Source of the DNA: Octopus bimaculoides | Taxonomy: Eukaryota | Length of the DNA stretch: 64,000 nucleotides | NCBI RefSeq assembly: GCF_001194135.2 | Contig: NC_068986.1 | Coordinates: 11,189,259 to 11,253,258 of the forward strand | Direction of reading: 5' to 3' | In this document: piece after piece, positions 1 through 13,614 of the stretch | Layout of the letters: the number at the start of each line of letters is the position of its first letter | How positions within the stretch are numbered: position 1 is the stretch's first letter | Notes under the pieces: generated by a model | Databases searched by the model: none | Told to the model about the DNA's origin: nothing | Seen by the model: the letters and a program-made list of their open reading frames with translations, nothing else | Translations under genes and position numbers: made by a program

Positions 1-370
1 GTGGCACATAAGATGCACCATTTTGAGCGTGGCCGTTGCCAGTATCGCCTGACTGGCTTCCGTAGGATTTTCGAGCGAGATCGTTGCCAGTGCCCCCGGA
101 CTGGCTTGTGCGGGTGGCACATAAAAGACACCATTTCGAGCGTGGCCGTTGCCAGTATCGCCTGACTGGCCTTCGTGCAGGTGACACGTAAATGCACCTA
201 CTACACTCTCTGAGTGGTTGGCGTTAGGAAGGGCATCCAGCTGTAGAAACTCTGCCAAATTTAGATTGGAGCCTGGTGTTGCCATCCGGTTTCACCAGTC
301 CTCAGTCAAATCGTCCAACCCATGCTAGCATGGAAAGCAGACGTTAAACGATGATGATGATGATGATGAT
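1..370 (+). mobile_element. Family D retroposon (LINE 3'-UTR-like) with tandem internal modules and (GAT)n tail
   Basis: Repeated gtggcac..aaa..cacca..cgagcgtggccgttgccag modules, then gttggcgttaggaagggcatccagc and cccatgc.agcatggaaag..gacgttaaacgatgatgat. Confidence 0.85.
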
Positions 371-682
371 ATATATACATACACACATATATATATATAT
401 ATACACACATATACATATATAACATATATATATATATATACACATACATGTATATTTATATACACACATATACATATATATATATAACACATATATATAT
501 ATATACACATACATATATATATTTATATATCAATTTAATACACAAATCAAAGAGCTATTAATAGTTATATGCTTTTTGATACTTTAAATAAGCATGTTTA
601 TAAAATATATCACATATCTTCCAAGCAATCTTTCTGGCTTATGCACGTGTGTCTTTGAGCGTTTGTCCTCACACCCACCCCG

Positions 683-868
683 CCTGAAAACAGGTGTTGC
701 TATGTTTACGTCCCTATGAAGTAGCACTTCAGCAAAAGAGATCAATAGAATAAGTACCACGCTTGAAAATTTTTTTAAAGTACTGGGATCGATTCATTCG
801 ATTAAATATTCAAGGTGGTGCCCCAGCATGGTCGCAGTGTCGAGTGACAGAAACAAGTAAAATATATA
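683..868 (+). mobile_element. SINE family A, 3' half
   Basis: aaggtggtgccccagcatggtcgcag...gaaacaagtaaaa tail. Confidence 0.65.
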
Positions 869-1197
869 ATCTTACCTATACACACACATATAGGCTCGTA
901 CATAACTAATGTTATCATCGGCTATTGATGAGTCATGTGGTCATTAAAGAGACGCCAAATCAAAACGAAAATAAAATTATGCCATACAATAATGGTAAAT
1001 GTTCTGATTTTGAATTCTTAAGAGCAACAAAACCGCTGCATATCGTTTCTTATTGTCTTAGAACACAAGATTGAGATAAACCAGACAAGATTGAGATAAA
1101 CCAACGTAGTGAACTCTAACGAAGCCATCCATGACGAAGACACGCATTGCGGTAGCAGCAACATCAACAACATTAAATGATAATTTTTTTTCTTTCT

Positions 1198-1550
1198 TAG
1201 GTATGGTTGTGTGGTTAAAAACCTCGCATCGCAACCACGCGGTTTCAGGTTCAGTCCCACTGCACCGCAGCTTGGATGCGTGTCTCTACTACAGCCATGG
1301 ACTGACCAACGCCTGGTGTGAGAATTTGGAAGACGGAAACTATGTGGAAGCCCATCATGTATATGTGTCTTCGTCTCTACACCACTTGACAACCAGTTCG
1401 GTCTTGTTTACATTCCCATAACGGCTGTGAGACCAACAGAATACATACCAGACTATAAAAAAACCTATTAGGGTCAATTTGTTCGACTAAGCCCTTCAGG
1501 GCGGTGCCCCAGCATGGCCGCAATCGAATGACTAATACAAATAAAAATAT
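1198..1550 (+). mobile_element. tRNA-derived SINE family A
   Basis: A/B box-like head (ggttcagtccc) and the family 3' motif gcggtgccccagcatggccgca. Confidence 0.8.
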
Positions 1551-4152
1551 AGGCACAAAGCCACAAACACAAAAAGAACGCCTCTACACAGTAACTTGGC
1601 CCGCTAAAAATAGCAGCCAAATAGCACCCATATTTATTTTACAAAGGCAAAAAGACACGTAGATGATTGTTAATTTTGATATTAATTAACAGTGATAAAA
1701 TTCATTTTAAATTGATTAAATTCCGAAAGTCATGATTTACCTGGTACACGATTATCGACCACGGAAAACATGAAAAACAAAGTCGAATCTGGCGCTATTT
1801 GAACTCAAAACGCAAAGGGGCGTAACTAAAGCCATTTTAATCTAATACACGATTCTACTTTTTTAAATATCAACAGTAATAATATTATTAACCAAGGTCT
1901 AAGGTCACAAATTTGACGGAGACACACTATACTGTAGTGGTAGTTAATTGATAAATTTAGAATGATAGTAAAAAGTAAAAAGTATCAATCAGGTATAAAA
2001 CCGATCCTAAGATTTGAACCCAAAACGTAAAGGGACGTAATAATGCGATGCATTGTCAAGGCGCTCTACCGATTCTGCCAACTCGTTAGATTTTCTAACA
2101 GTACAAGGAATAAGTGGAAGTTGTGGCGTGCATGCCATTCCTAAGGGTATGATATTTGCGAAAGTCTTCTATCTATTTCCATCATAACGGGAAAGCCACA
2201 ACGGTTTTAAATTACTGATGCAGTTAATGCCATTTCCAAGGGCAGACAATTTCGATGTTGTGGTGTTGATGCCTTTCCTACACCAAAAAAGTGGGACATT
2301 TTAGATAAAAAAGAAAAGAGATGCGAAATAATTAACACCGAAAGGAAATGATAATTATGATGGCAATTAAAAGCAATTTTAATTATGTAAGGTATTCTCA
2401 ATGATATGGACAGAATTTTAATGAGATTCAATAATACTTTTGTTTTAACAATAAACTGTGATGATGATGATGATGATATTAATAATAATAATAATAATTA
2501 ATTCGTTTTATTAGCCACAAGGGCTAATAATAATAATAATTACATCTTATTAAAATTACTATATTATTATTATATAAAAACACTTGTATATACATTTATT
2601 TACCTTGATTATACATACGTGTATACATTCACACACCTTGATTATACATACGTATATCCATTTACCCACCTTCATTATAAATGCGAATGTATAAATTCAT
2701 ACACTTTGATTATACATACTTTTTCGCACGTCTTTATATACACAAGTGTATACAGTAATTCGCCTTAATTATATGAACAAGTGTATATACATTCACTCGT
2801 CTTCATTATTATACATACATGTTATAGAGCTGCACGCATCTTCTTTATACATGCATGTGTGTGTATAGAGAAATTATCCCGGGGATTTATGATTTAATGT
2901 TATGGGGGGAAAAGAATTGCTTTCAACATAAAGTAATTTGTGTCAAGGTTTTACTAGCAATTCTTAATTTGAATTTGTAAAGATATCAACACCATTAATA
3001 ATTAATTATTATAAAAACAATAATGAAATTAAGTGAGGAGAAAAATATAAGAATTAATTACATGTTCTGGCTTATTAATGAGGTTTGGGGAAGATATTTA
3101 ACCGGAAATACAAAATAGTAATAATGATAATAAAACTGTGTTGGAAAAGGCACATGGTGTCGGAGTGTGTTTGTGTGTTAAGAGGAATGAATGGGGATGT
3201 TGTGAAGTTGATGCCTTTGTTAAAGAAGAAAGAGAAGTGAAATGGCGCCAATCAGAATGGAAAAACTAGTCATAATTGATTTTTTTGGGGGGTATTTTTA
3301 TGTAGACAAAAGACCAGATTTTATAAATTATGGAAGAAATAGAGGTGGAGAAGGAGGGGGTAATGTGATGTTGTGAGGTTCATTCATGCCGCCCTCCTGA
3401 AAGACACCAACAACAATTAATTGTCCAAAAATATATTTAAGGTGGTGATTTTTGTTTTTCCCCCTTGTCCATTCTATTCGTTGGTTATGAGTAATTAACA
3501 AAGAATTAATTATAGAAATGACTGATTTACATCACAAAAACGTAGACTTTGCGGGTTCGTGTCCCGCGGGTAGCCTAGACCCATTTTTTTCCCCCATCGA
3601 AGGGTATTATTATTTTTATACCCATGCTATTATTTATAGCTGTATCCTCTCCGAGACTCACCCTTAAAGTGATATAAGAATGATTTGTTAAAATGCTTTC
3701 GTAGTGAAACATTCTCAGGAAGGAGAGAAAATAGCAGAAACGACCAGGGACGACTGCTAAACCATTTATTATTTTAAACACCCCCGCCTTCATCTTCTCA
3801 ATACAATGGAGATTTTCCTTGTTCTGTTTATATAAAAACGAGGAGATCTCGACCCAGTATCAAGGCGTCAATAAAAATTAGGGCCACATCGTAGAAATAT
3901 GTAGAACACATATAGAAAATAAGTGTGATGTATATATGGATTAATGTATTTGTGTGAAAATAAGTGTATAAAACATAATCATATATAAAATTACCAAATT
4001 AACATATATATATTAATGTTTTTTGTCATACAAGCTATAAACGTATTTTATATTTATTTGCGTTAGAACTTTTCGAGAACAATGATTACAAAACCAAAAT
4101 CAAGTTAATGTAAAACTGACCATTATTATAAACGACACAAAGGAAGCTCGTT

Positions 4153-4187
<35 letters not shown>

Positions 4188-4650
4188 NNNNNNNNNNNNN
4201 NNNNNNNNNNNNNNNNNNNNNNNNNNNNNNNNNNNNNNNNNNNNNNNNNNNNNNNNNNNNNNNNNNNNNNNNNNNNNNNNNNNNNNNNNNNNNNNNNNNN
4301 NNNNNNNNNNNNNNNNNNNNNNNNNNNNNNNNNNNNNNNNNNNNNNNNNNNNNNNNNNNNNNNNNNNNNNNNNNNNNNNNNNNNNNNNNNNNNNNNNNNN
4401 NNNNNNNNNNNNNNNNNNNNNNNNNNNNNNNNNNNNNNNNNNNNNNNNNNNNNNNNNNNNNNNNNNNNNNNNNNNNNNNNNNNNNNNNNNNNNNNNNNNN
4501 NNNNNNNNNNNNNNNNNNNNNNNNNNNNNNNNNNNNNNNNNNNNNNNNNNNNNNNNNNNNNNNNNNNNNNNNNNNNNNNNNNNNNNNNNNNNNNNNNNNN
4601 NNNNNNNNNNNNNNNNNNNNNNNNNNNNNNNNNNNNNNNNNNNNNNNNNN

Positions 4651-4711
<61 letters not shown>

Positions 4712-7429
4712 ATAAATACAATATATATATATATTTATTTATATATATAAATAAATACACACATATATACACTCATATACATGTGTGTGTATATATACAC
4801 ACATCTATGTATATACACTTCCTGACAAGAGACGTTGGTCGAAACAAAACTGCATTTTATCGGATTCGCACATATAATTAATTGGCAAATAACATTAATT
4901 TGAATGGGATCTGATTGGAAAGAAATGTTTTTATTTTCTTTACAAAATTAAAATTAATATTAATGATGGTGATGATGATGATGATACATAAACGTTTAAC
5001 TGAAGTTGTATTTGCAGCAAGAATTCAGGAATTAGGTTAGAGAAGCTAAAAACAGGAAAAAAAAAATAATAGAGATAATAAACACAAGTTGAAGAAAAGA
5101 AACATTTTTCGAAGTGTTTAAAAGAAAAAAAGAATCTAGTGACCACAAGAAGAAAGCCATAACCAAAATTATAAAAATATTTTTCTTATGAAAACCTTAA
5201 AATTCCTCAAGACTCGAAATAAATAATTTTGTAGCAGACACAATAATAAATTTGGCATCAGAATTTCCATTGTCTGTATAATTTCGTTATTATTAAAAAA
5301 AATACAAGAGTTTTATTGTTTTTCTTTCAAACGGACAATTTAAGTCTTTACATTTAAAAACATTGGGAAAAATGTGATGTGGTGACATTCATGCTTGTTT
5401 GGTGAGGGTTATTAAGAAGCCTGAATAAAACGAATTAACTTTTAATTAACGCAGGGAATCGAAACCACCAGATTGTAACAAATTAATGGGAAAAAATTCT
5501 TTGACTAAGCAGAAAGTCTTCGATTTATAAAAGAAAAAAGAAATCTAATTTCGAGATGCTGTGACAGTCATCCATTTCCTAAAGACCCTAATTTAATTAT
5601 ACTAACACTAATAATGATTGTAACATAATATTTTGTCTATTCAGTAATTTATTGCGATTTTTGGTTTTATTTCGAAGGCCTGTGTGGGGGAGTCGGGTTA
5701 GGTTTTATTAGAGTTTCCAGTCAACAATTATTAAATCCACCTCCATATTGTATTTAGAAGAAACTGAATTAATTATGAACAATCTTCCATTATCATTATT
5801 ATTATTATCATTATTATTATTATTATTATTATTATGACCACTGGGCAATGTATGAAACGTTGAAGCTATTGGTTGGACAATGGATGCTCGTTAGTTTATA
5901 TAAAATATATATGTAGTTATTGAAAATGTAATCTGAAAAGCCATAGGTAAAAAAAAAATTGTTTTAATGCTGATCAAAAAGCACAATAAATATATGTGTG
6001 TGTGTGGTTGACCCTTAATTAATCTAAGAAAGTCTAATGAAGCAATCAAACAGATCTATAATAAAGCCATCGTAATTTTTAGATATTTATACGTAGAATA
6101 AAAAGATACGTGAATAACAATAAAAGTTAAAGGGCAAAACATCCCCCCCAAAACAACATTTAAAGGCGGCGGCAGCGGCGGGAGGGGGGCATTAATTAAC
6201 CTCTCATCAACGAATGTACGTATTAATTTCAAAGTATATCGTTTATGAACCCATATTGAAGATCACTGTATCATTAGAGGATTTCTTCGTCTATTATTTT
6301 ACGTAAAAATCCCATTAAAAAGGGCAATAGTATTGTTGCAGCACGTTGTATTTACGTGTATTTTTAATGGTTTTGGCTGGCAGTGCTTGCTGGCGGCCAT
6401 ATTCTTGTTCTTGTTGGGTTTGCCACTATTTTTTAAAGCTAAAGTATCCGCGATAAAAATAGAAATGTGTGTAATAATGTTAACTTAACTGTGTCATACA
6501 GCATCTAATTTTCGTTCTACTTGTAAAACTATGATGATAATTCAGTGAATTTAGTAGAATGGACATCTCCATATGGTAAACCAAGTGGATTCTGATATAT
6601 TGAGTGTATGTTGAGGTTTGAGACGTAATTTAAATTAATATTTTAGAAGATTGCAAACTGAAGTTTATATGAATACAAGTCAAAATTAATAAATATTAAA
6701 ATCACAATAGAGATAGGTTTAATAATATTATGAATATATATATATAGGTAATAAATCTATATATGAAATATGAAGTGTAGTGTGGTAAGGCTTTATGTAA
6801 AATAACGTTGTAAGTCGTAATTATTGTAGCATATGGACGATTTAACGTGTCGATTTATCTCTAAAAATATCAGTGATTTGAGATTTTTCTTTGTTTACTT
6901 TTCTCCATGACGACTGTGGCAGCTGCTCAGCCTTCACTCACACTCAAGTATTGAGTGAGAGTTCAAACATGGAAGAGACTTAGCAAAGCGCGGGAGAAAT
7001 GGAGAGATGTTGAGTGGAAGGGGTGGAGGGGAGTGACAAAGAGAAAAAGAAAGAAGGAAAGATATAAAAGAATCCCTTTTAAATACACAGATTACAACAT
7101 CCACGAAGAAATTGAAATTATTTGAAGCCTTTCTTATAGAAATATGTAATTATTAATCGAAAATTTATGTTCTTGTAAACGCATTTTGTGAGAAACGATT
7201 ATTTTTTTCTACAACAGCTTAACACTAAACATGGAGGATAAGGATACTAAGGTACTCTAGAAAAATATCCAACAGATTTATGTATATAATAATCCTGTGT
7301 ACTCTTTTCAATAAAGACAAGCCACTGAAATTCATAACCAGTTACAAAAAAGAATTTCCTGAGAGATGAAGTAAACTGTTTAGGGTATTCCTTTGATGAA
7401 ATGGGTTAGCTGGAAAATCTCTCCATAGT

Positions 7430-7730
7430 AGTATAACGGCCATCTTGGTTACTTTACACTATGTAATAACTGCTACCATATACCTTTCTCCATTATACGC
7501 CAACCGATTTCATGTCTGATTCCGATTAATTATAGCAATATCGTGGTCGTCACTAGTCACAGCGAAACGATTTGCGGTATTCAATAACAATTTTAAACTT
7601 ATTAAAGACGTCGAAGCTTTTAAATGCACTTCGCCTTCTGAATAAAACCAACGCCACCGAAACACCCGCTAGTCCAGAGTAGCCATTTTGTTAATATGTG
7701 ACTATATTGAATGGCCTCTTGTAAGACTGT
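7430..7730 (+). promoter_or_regulatory. Candidate promoter / first exon with YY1-type motifs
   Basis: CGGCCATCTT at 7437-7446 and GCCATTTTG at 7682-7690, CpG-richer than the flanks, possible donor gtaaga at 7721. Confidence 0.35.
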
Positions 7731-7986
7731 ATAGGTTCATACACATAACAACTACACACAAGTTTACTGTTCAGCAAAAAGCTATATACATTTGATTACT
7801 TTAAAGTGAAGCAATTCACACAGCATCCACAAACAAGCATTTATTTCCTGCACTGTTATACTACTATTCTATTCTTCAACTCCTCACTAACCTAGTTATT
7901 CGGTCAAAGGGAGATTATCATATTTAAAAAGTATTTTTTATTCCTTAACTCACAACGGCATTTTGTATTTTTTCAGCTCAGAAATC

Positions 7987-8172
7987 ATGTCAGAGTTAGA
8001 AACGTTGAAAAGTTTTATTAGAACACCCAAATCTCTAAGTGTTAGTCGTGAACATGTAGCAGTACTATTGAACCTGTCCTCTGACAGCGACCCGAGGAGG
8101 GGAGAGGGGGCTTACACACAAGAATGGCTGTTATTTCAGAAAGTGCTAGAAACAGTTGATAGATTTATTTAA
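7987..8172 (+). CDS. Candidate 61-aa micro-ORF (MSELETLKSF...ETVDRFI), unidentified
   Basis: Strong acceptor (ttttgtattttttcag, AG 7975-7976) 10 nt before an ATG with A at -3. It is the only open frame in the exon. No homology recognised. Confidence 0.35.
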   Translation: MSELETLKSFIRTPKSLSVSREHVAVLLNLSSDSDPRRGEGAYTQEWLLFQKVLETVDRFI

Positions 8173-9399
8173 AAAAAAATTTTCTTTCCATTTTTACATC
8201 TGAAATATTTATAATTATTGGATATGTATATATATGTTTTTTTCAGTTATATATATTACAATTTTTTTTTTTTACTTCTCGCTGCAATTATTTTCAATGT
8301 TTTTTTCCCTTTCTTTTTAAGAACGTTTCCTGGGAAGATCAGAAAAGTATTTTACAGATATTTTAGTGAATGCTGTTGGAAGATTCTACAGGTAGAACCA
8401 CAAGAAATTAGACCCTCACCACCATGTCTGCGACAAAGATGACAATAGGAACATCATGATCGCTGTCGTCAAGAGGAGCAATAATAACGGTTTCTTAAAG
8501 AAACAATACAAAATTTTGCTGAAATCTTGTTCCTGCTCATCACTACAACTTATAAGTTTAAACACCGGTCATTTTAATGAATTCGCCTTTTATGGCCTTG
8601 TAATGTCTGAAGCAGACAAACCCGATGATCTAAAGCCATCATACGGGTTCGATTTCCAATTAAAGGCAATTTATTTCGTTCAAACCATGAATGCCGTATG
8701 AAGGATGAATAATATCTCGACCTTGCATTCCTCTCCTCTGAAATATAGAACAGAAAATAAAATATGAAGGTGTTTTGAATCTTGTTCAGTGTCCATTGGA
8801 AAAGCATAAACACGACAACCCTTCTGATATTATTTGAAGATCGTTAGACACCTGATAGTATTTCGTTTAGGCTCTTGACGTTTTCTGTTTAAATGTCACT
8901 GAAATGAACGATGTCTTTCTTCCTTCTGGGATCGATAAAATATTTACCAAATACTGGGATCAATTTAATTGAGGTCTAAGGATGTTTTCTCGACAGTTAC
9001 GATTTAAAGTTCAGACAGTTTGACGCCTTATTCTTTAAAATGGTGCTAAACTATGCTGAATTCAGAAATTATTTTTCATGTCTTCAATTGCGTTATTTCT
9101 CCTGCTTCTTACGTTCAGAGTTCAAATTTCTCCGAGGTCTCAACTTGTCGTTCTTCTGGAGTCAATAAATAAAATATTTCTCTAGAGCAGTGGACTTTCT
9201 GTATCGTGAGAAAGTCAGACATGATACTTTGTGTTTGTTCTGACTCATTGCGTTCTGGATTCAAATCCTGCCATGGTTTCGGCCAGTTTAACATCGCCAC
9301 TTGGGTGCCTTTTTTGACCAGGTTTCCAGTTTGGGGATCTCTCCCTTCCGCCCATCAGTCTTTAAGTGTGGTGGGCACTAATTGTCCAACCCATGAAAC

Positions 9400-9590
9400 C
9401 AGTAGGTCTCAAACTTTTTAATGTTCAGGCCAGATCCAAAACCTGAATTTTTTTTTTTTTTTAGGGGGCTGCACCAAAATAAAAAGTAAAACATAAGTCA
9501 ATTAAAGAAAAATTTATATATATAGAGGGACGGCCACCGGAAGGGTGCTTGAGGGTCGCATATGACCGTGGGAGCCGTCATTAAGAACTG
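9400..9590. mobile_element. Degenerate hAT/Charlie-type MITE
   Basis: Starts cagtaggtctcaaact, has a Charlie-like GC subterminal region, and is followed by ctctagac. TSD imperfect. Confidence 0.5.
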
Positions 9591-9999
9591 CTACTCTAGA
9601 CTTTAGAAGGAGACAAAAAATTTTCCAGTTGGAAATATTTACTATTNNNNNNNNNNNNNNNNNNNNNNNNNNNNNNNNNNNNNNNNNNNNNNNNNNNNNN
9701 NNNNNNNNNNNNNNNNNNNNNNNNNNNNNNNNNNNNNNNNNNNNNNNNNNNNNNNNNNNNNNNNNNNNNNNNNNNNNNNNNNNNNNNNNNNNNNNNNNNN
9801 NNNNNNNNNNNNNNNNNNNNNNNNNNNNNNNNNNNNNNNNNNNNNNNNNNNNNNNNNNNNNNNNNNNNNNNNNNNNNNNNNNNNNNNNNNNNNNNNNNNN
9901 NNNNNNNNNNNNNNNNNNNNNNNNNNNNNNNNNNNNNNNNNNNNNNNNNNNNNNNNNNNNNNNNNNNNNNNNNNNNNNNNNNNNNNNNNNNNNNNNNNN

Positions 10000-10316
10000 G
10001 AAACATCAGCTTATCAATGACAAAATTATTTTTCTAAATTCGTCGTTATTTTCAAAATTAATTGAAACAAAGGCAGTCCATTTCAACAGAAAAATGGTAA
10101 TAAGAGGTTAAGCCTTTTGATAACAACCTCTCTGACCCCACCCTCATTCTATAATACAAACTTTGAAGTGATCTAAACCCCTTTGTTACTGTATTTATTT
10201 TGAGATGCTGTGTGTTTCTTTCAATTAATTTTTTAAATATAACAAAGAATTTAGTAAAATAACTTGGTTATCATTCAGCTGGTGTTAGGAGCATAAATTG
10301 TGACTAAGGTTTGGTG
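10000..10316. mobile_element. Cluster of piggyBac-type MITE fragments
   Basis: A right end (..aatggtaataagaggttaa at ~10111) followed by two left-end starts homologous to copy 3. Confidence 0.65.
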
Positions 10317-10351
10317 TCTCACTCTTGCAACCTCTACCCTCTACCATCCAT

Positions 10352-10655
10352 GACTTAGTGGTTAGGGCATTCAGCTCACAATCATAAGGATATGAGTTCA
10401 AATCCTGACAGCATGTTGTGTACTTCAGCAAGATACTTCATTTCCTGTTACTCAAGTCGACTCAGCAGGCAAAAACGAATTGCACCTGTAATTCAAAGGG
10501 GCCAATCATGTCACATTCTGTGTCATGCTGAATCTCCCTAAGAACTACATTAAGGGTGTATGTGGAGTACTCAGCCACTTGCACGTTAATTTCATGAGCA
10601 GGCTGTTCTGTTGCTCGGATCAACTGGAATGATTGTTGCTGTAACTATTCTTCTG
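10352..10655 (+). mobile_element. tRNA-derived SINE family C
   Basis: Head ttagtggttagggcattcagctc, B box gagttcaaatcc, 3' motif gagcaggctgttc..ggatcaactgg. Confidence 0.8.
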
Positions 10656-11079
10656 TTCCTCATACTTTTGTACATTGAGGACCCAAACAGACACTTCATC
10701 ATCATTACTTTTATCTCTTTCCAGCTCTACCTCAGTCACCCCACTCTCTTTTAGAATATAAGTAGCCATGTGGCTCCTCTACAGCAAGAAGCTTGTTCTG
10801 CTCTGGCCCCTTCTCTCATACTTTTATCCCTTGTCCCCTATCACAAAGCTGCTTCCTTTAGGGATCATAGTTTTGCAAGCTGCATGGTAACATCACTAAT
10901 GCTGGTGCTATGAAAAAAATGCAGCCAGTACACTCTGTAAAGTAGTTGGTATTAAGAACGGTATTCAGCTGTAGAAACCATGCCAAAGCTGGCAATGGAG
11001 CATGATGCAGTTCTTGGACCTATCAGTTCCTGTCATACCATCCCACCCATGCCAACATAGAGCATGACTGTTAAATGAT

Positions 11080-11108
11080 GATGATTATCATAATCATGAT
11101 CAAGGTGA

Positions 11109-11143
<35 letters not shown>

Positions 11144-11732
11144 ATGGTAATGATGATGATAATGGAGAAGGTGATGGCAATGATGATGATAATGGAGAAG
11201 GTGATGGCAATGATGATGATGATGAAAACATTGTGACTGAGAGATGTCAACTGTCACAGACAACTGTAATTTCCTTAATTGAGATTAATAATGGTTGGTG
11301 ATGAACAAGTAGTTCACAATTAGCTTTCATATTAATAATGGTAAGAAACTCCTAAGAGAGCTGAACAGCAGAAGGTCTTCAGGGAAGAAACACTCCTTTC
11401 AGGCCAGTGGTTTGGCCCTTAACTTACACTTTAAAGGGCTCCAGGTCACATCCAGGTCATAACTCCTTGGTGCCCTTCTGCTGACACTTTTAAGCCACTT
11501 CGATATCTGAGGCATGCATTTAAACCACTTGGATTGAGATTATATTTGATGTAATAAAACAAGAAATTTTAATTAAATTTACACTTTTATGAGAGCAATT
11601 ATTGTTGTCATCATCATAATTACCATTATCATTATCATTGTCATTGTCATCATCATCATCATCATCACTGTCTTCACCACCATCATCATCACTATCGCTG
11701 TCACCACCACCACCACCACCACCACCACCATC

Positions 11733-11781
<49 letters not shown>

Positions 11782-11790
11782 GCATCATCA
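11080..11790. repeat. Trinucleotide (GAT)n and (CAT/CAC)n microsatellites
   Basis: Arrays at ~11080-11225 and ~11600-11790; similar ones at 13120-13260 and 63510-63580. Confidence 0.9.
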
Positions 11791-12334
11791 TCATTCTAAT
11801 GTCTACTCATCTATACTTGAGGCAGATTTTCAATGGTCAGATGCCTTTCTTGACACCAACCGTCACATATTCATACAATCTACCAAATGACCAACAGTCA
11901 AGCATGCTGTCACAGACATCTACAAATGACATCATTTCCATGAATGGTGAGGCTTTTTGTCTTCCAATCAGAGCACCCATGTCAACAAGTCTGGACACCA
12001 GGTTGAGTATAAAGGTCTTTTTGTATTTCAACTCAAAAAGACCTGCCCACCACAAAAGAATTGATATCCTAAAGCCAAAGCGCCATGTAGAAAATCGTTA
12101 TTGTTGGTGATGGTGCTGCATAAAAAGCACCATGTACACTCTGTAAAGTGGTTGGTGTTGGGGTGAGCATCCAGCTGTAAAAACCAAACCAAAACAGATA
12201 ATGGAACCTGGTGTGGCCTCTGATTTTGCTAGTTCTTGTCTAACCATCCAAACCATGGCAGCATGGAAAATGGATGTTAAATGATGATGATGATGATGAT
12301 GAATTAATTGTTCAGAACAATTACACGTGTAATG

Positions 12335-12960
12335 TGTTTATTCATCAACATATATTCCATCCTATTCTGTTGTCTGTTGCCATTGTTGTGGCAGAAGCTC
12401 AATTTTATGCTTATACCGTTTGACTTGTTTAAAGGCAAAAAAACTCCCTGCTCCCATTTTCAACATCAGCCACGTTGTTGAGTCTCTGTCTATACAGAAA
12501 ATGAACCACAGCTTGGAAGAGGTGGTCATCTGATGGTGAAAGGTCAGGATTGTAGGCAGGGTGAGGCAGTACTTCCAGTCCTTCAAATTCCTCAAATTTG
12601 CACTTGGTCACATTAGCAGTGCATGCAGGGAGAATTGTCATGCTGTAGGAGTGCATGCCTTCAGTTGACCGATGCAGGGTAGTGGAGCCTTCAAAGCATC
12701 ATATAGTCTATGCAGTTATTGAGTATAAAGGTTAGCATTCACAGCATAATCATCTGGGACAAGCTCAAAGTACAACACCTTAACACATCCTGAAATTCTG
12801 CCGAGTATGATACATAACATGGCATTCTGTTTAAACCACCCTTCTTGGACAACAGACTGTGATGCCTGGCTGGAACAAAGCCACTGATTTCTCTTATAAG
12901 AATTATGAAAGTAAGATCCATTTTCAAGGTTGTCTCCCCTGCCTTTCTAATGAACAAATT
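12335..12960 (-). mobile_element. mariner (DD34D-like) transposase remnant
   Basis: LEVLPHPAYNPDLSPSDDHLF corresponds to the mariner HPPYSPDLAPSDYHLF motif. Multiple frameshifts and stops. Confidence 0.88.
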
Positions 12961-13614
12961 GAATAATTTAACATAATTGATTAAACAATAGATTTTAAAG
13001 TTTTCATTTATTTTTATTTGTTAAAGATTTTCTGGACTTGCTACATCAAATATGATAGCACCTGCTTTGCTATCAGGTTTTCATGTAGAAATATTCCTCC
13101 ATTACTACAACAAGGAAGACCACTATCACCACCACCACCACCACCACGGCCGTCACCGCTGCCTCCACCACTGCTGCCATTGTCACCTCCACTACTGCTA
13201 CCACCACTGCCACCTTCACTCCATCACCACCACTACCACCGTCACCACCACCTCTCATCCATTTAATTAGATTTTGGATTGTCTATTTGCTGTCTGCCCC
13301 CTCCAGACAGTTCACAATATCTTTGTTTATATCTGCTCGAAATGTCATTAACTGATAGCAAAATCTTCTCAGAAAGATGTTAGTCTTTTGCAGATGGGCC
13401 GTTTCTCATGTTTAGAATTGAATCTGGCATTTAATGTGAACAAATTAATTTTTACAATTTTTACAGAGCAAGTTGTTCCTAGCCTCTGGTGCCTATCTAC
13501 AGCCAAGTAGACCAAGCTATTTGAGAGTTTCCATAGCATAAACTGAAGAACTAAATCTTCCTTTTTGATAAGATGGCAACCTATTATTTAGATAATTATT
13601 CTCATGTCATCAAA

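Noticed and set aside
4086-4772. Long ORFs across N gaps (also 9596-10111, 24464-25550, 59256-59693)
   Set aside because: They are open only because Ns contain no stops; the flanks are (TA)n or TE sequence.
4820-4855. Hammerhead-like CTGACAAGA-GAC(gttg)GTC-GAAAC
   Set aside because: The core has extra bases, and there is no NUH cleavage triplet or stem I/III after GAAAC.
5400-6500. Dense TAAT/ATTA motifs suggesting a homeodomain enhancer
   Set aside because: Expected at this AT content and cannot be distinguished from background without conservation data.
8456-8701. 81-aa ORF with faint resemblance to gasdermin/pejvakin N-termini (AVVKRS..., SEADK)
   Set aside because: Motifs are short and in the wrong order, with no conserved spacing; most likely chance.
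11033-13270. Poly-His/Met/Ile/Pro ORFs, and poly-VC/HT ORFs at 18364-18789, 19845-20160, 27084-27577, 30471-31073 and 32210-32564
   Set aside because: Translations of microsatellites with no splice or codon evidence.
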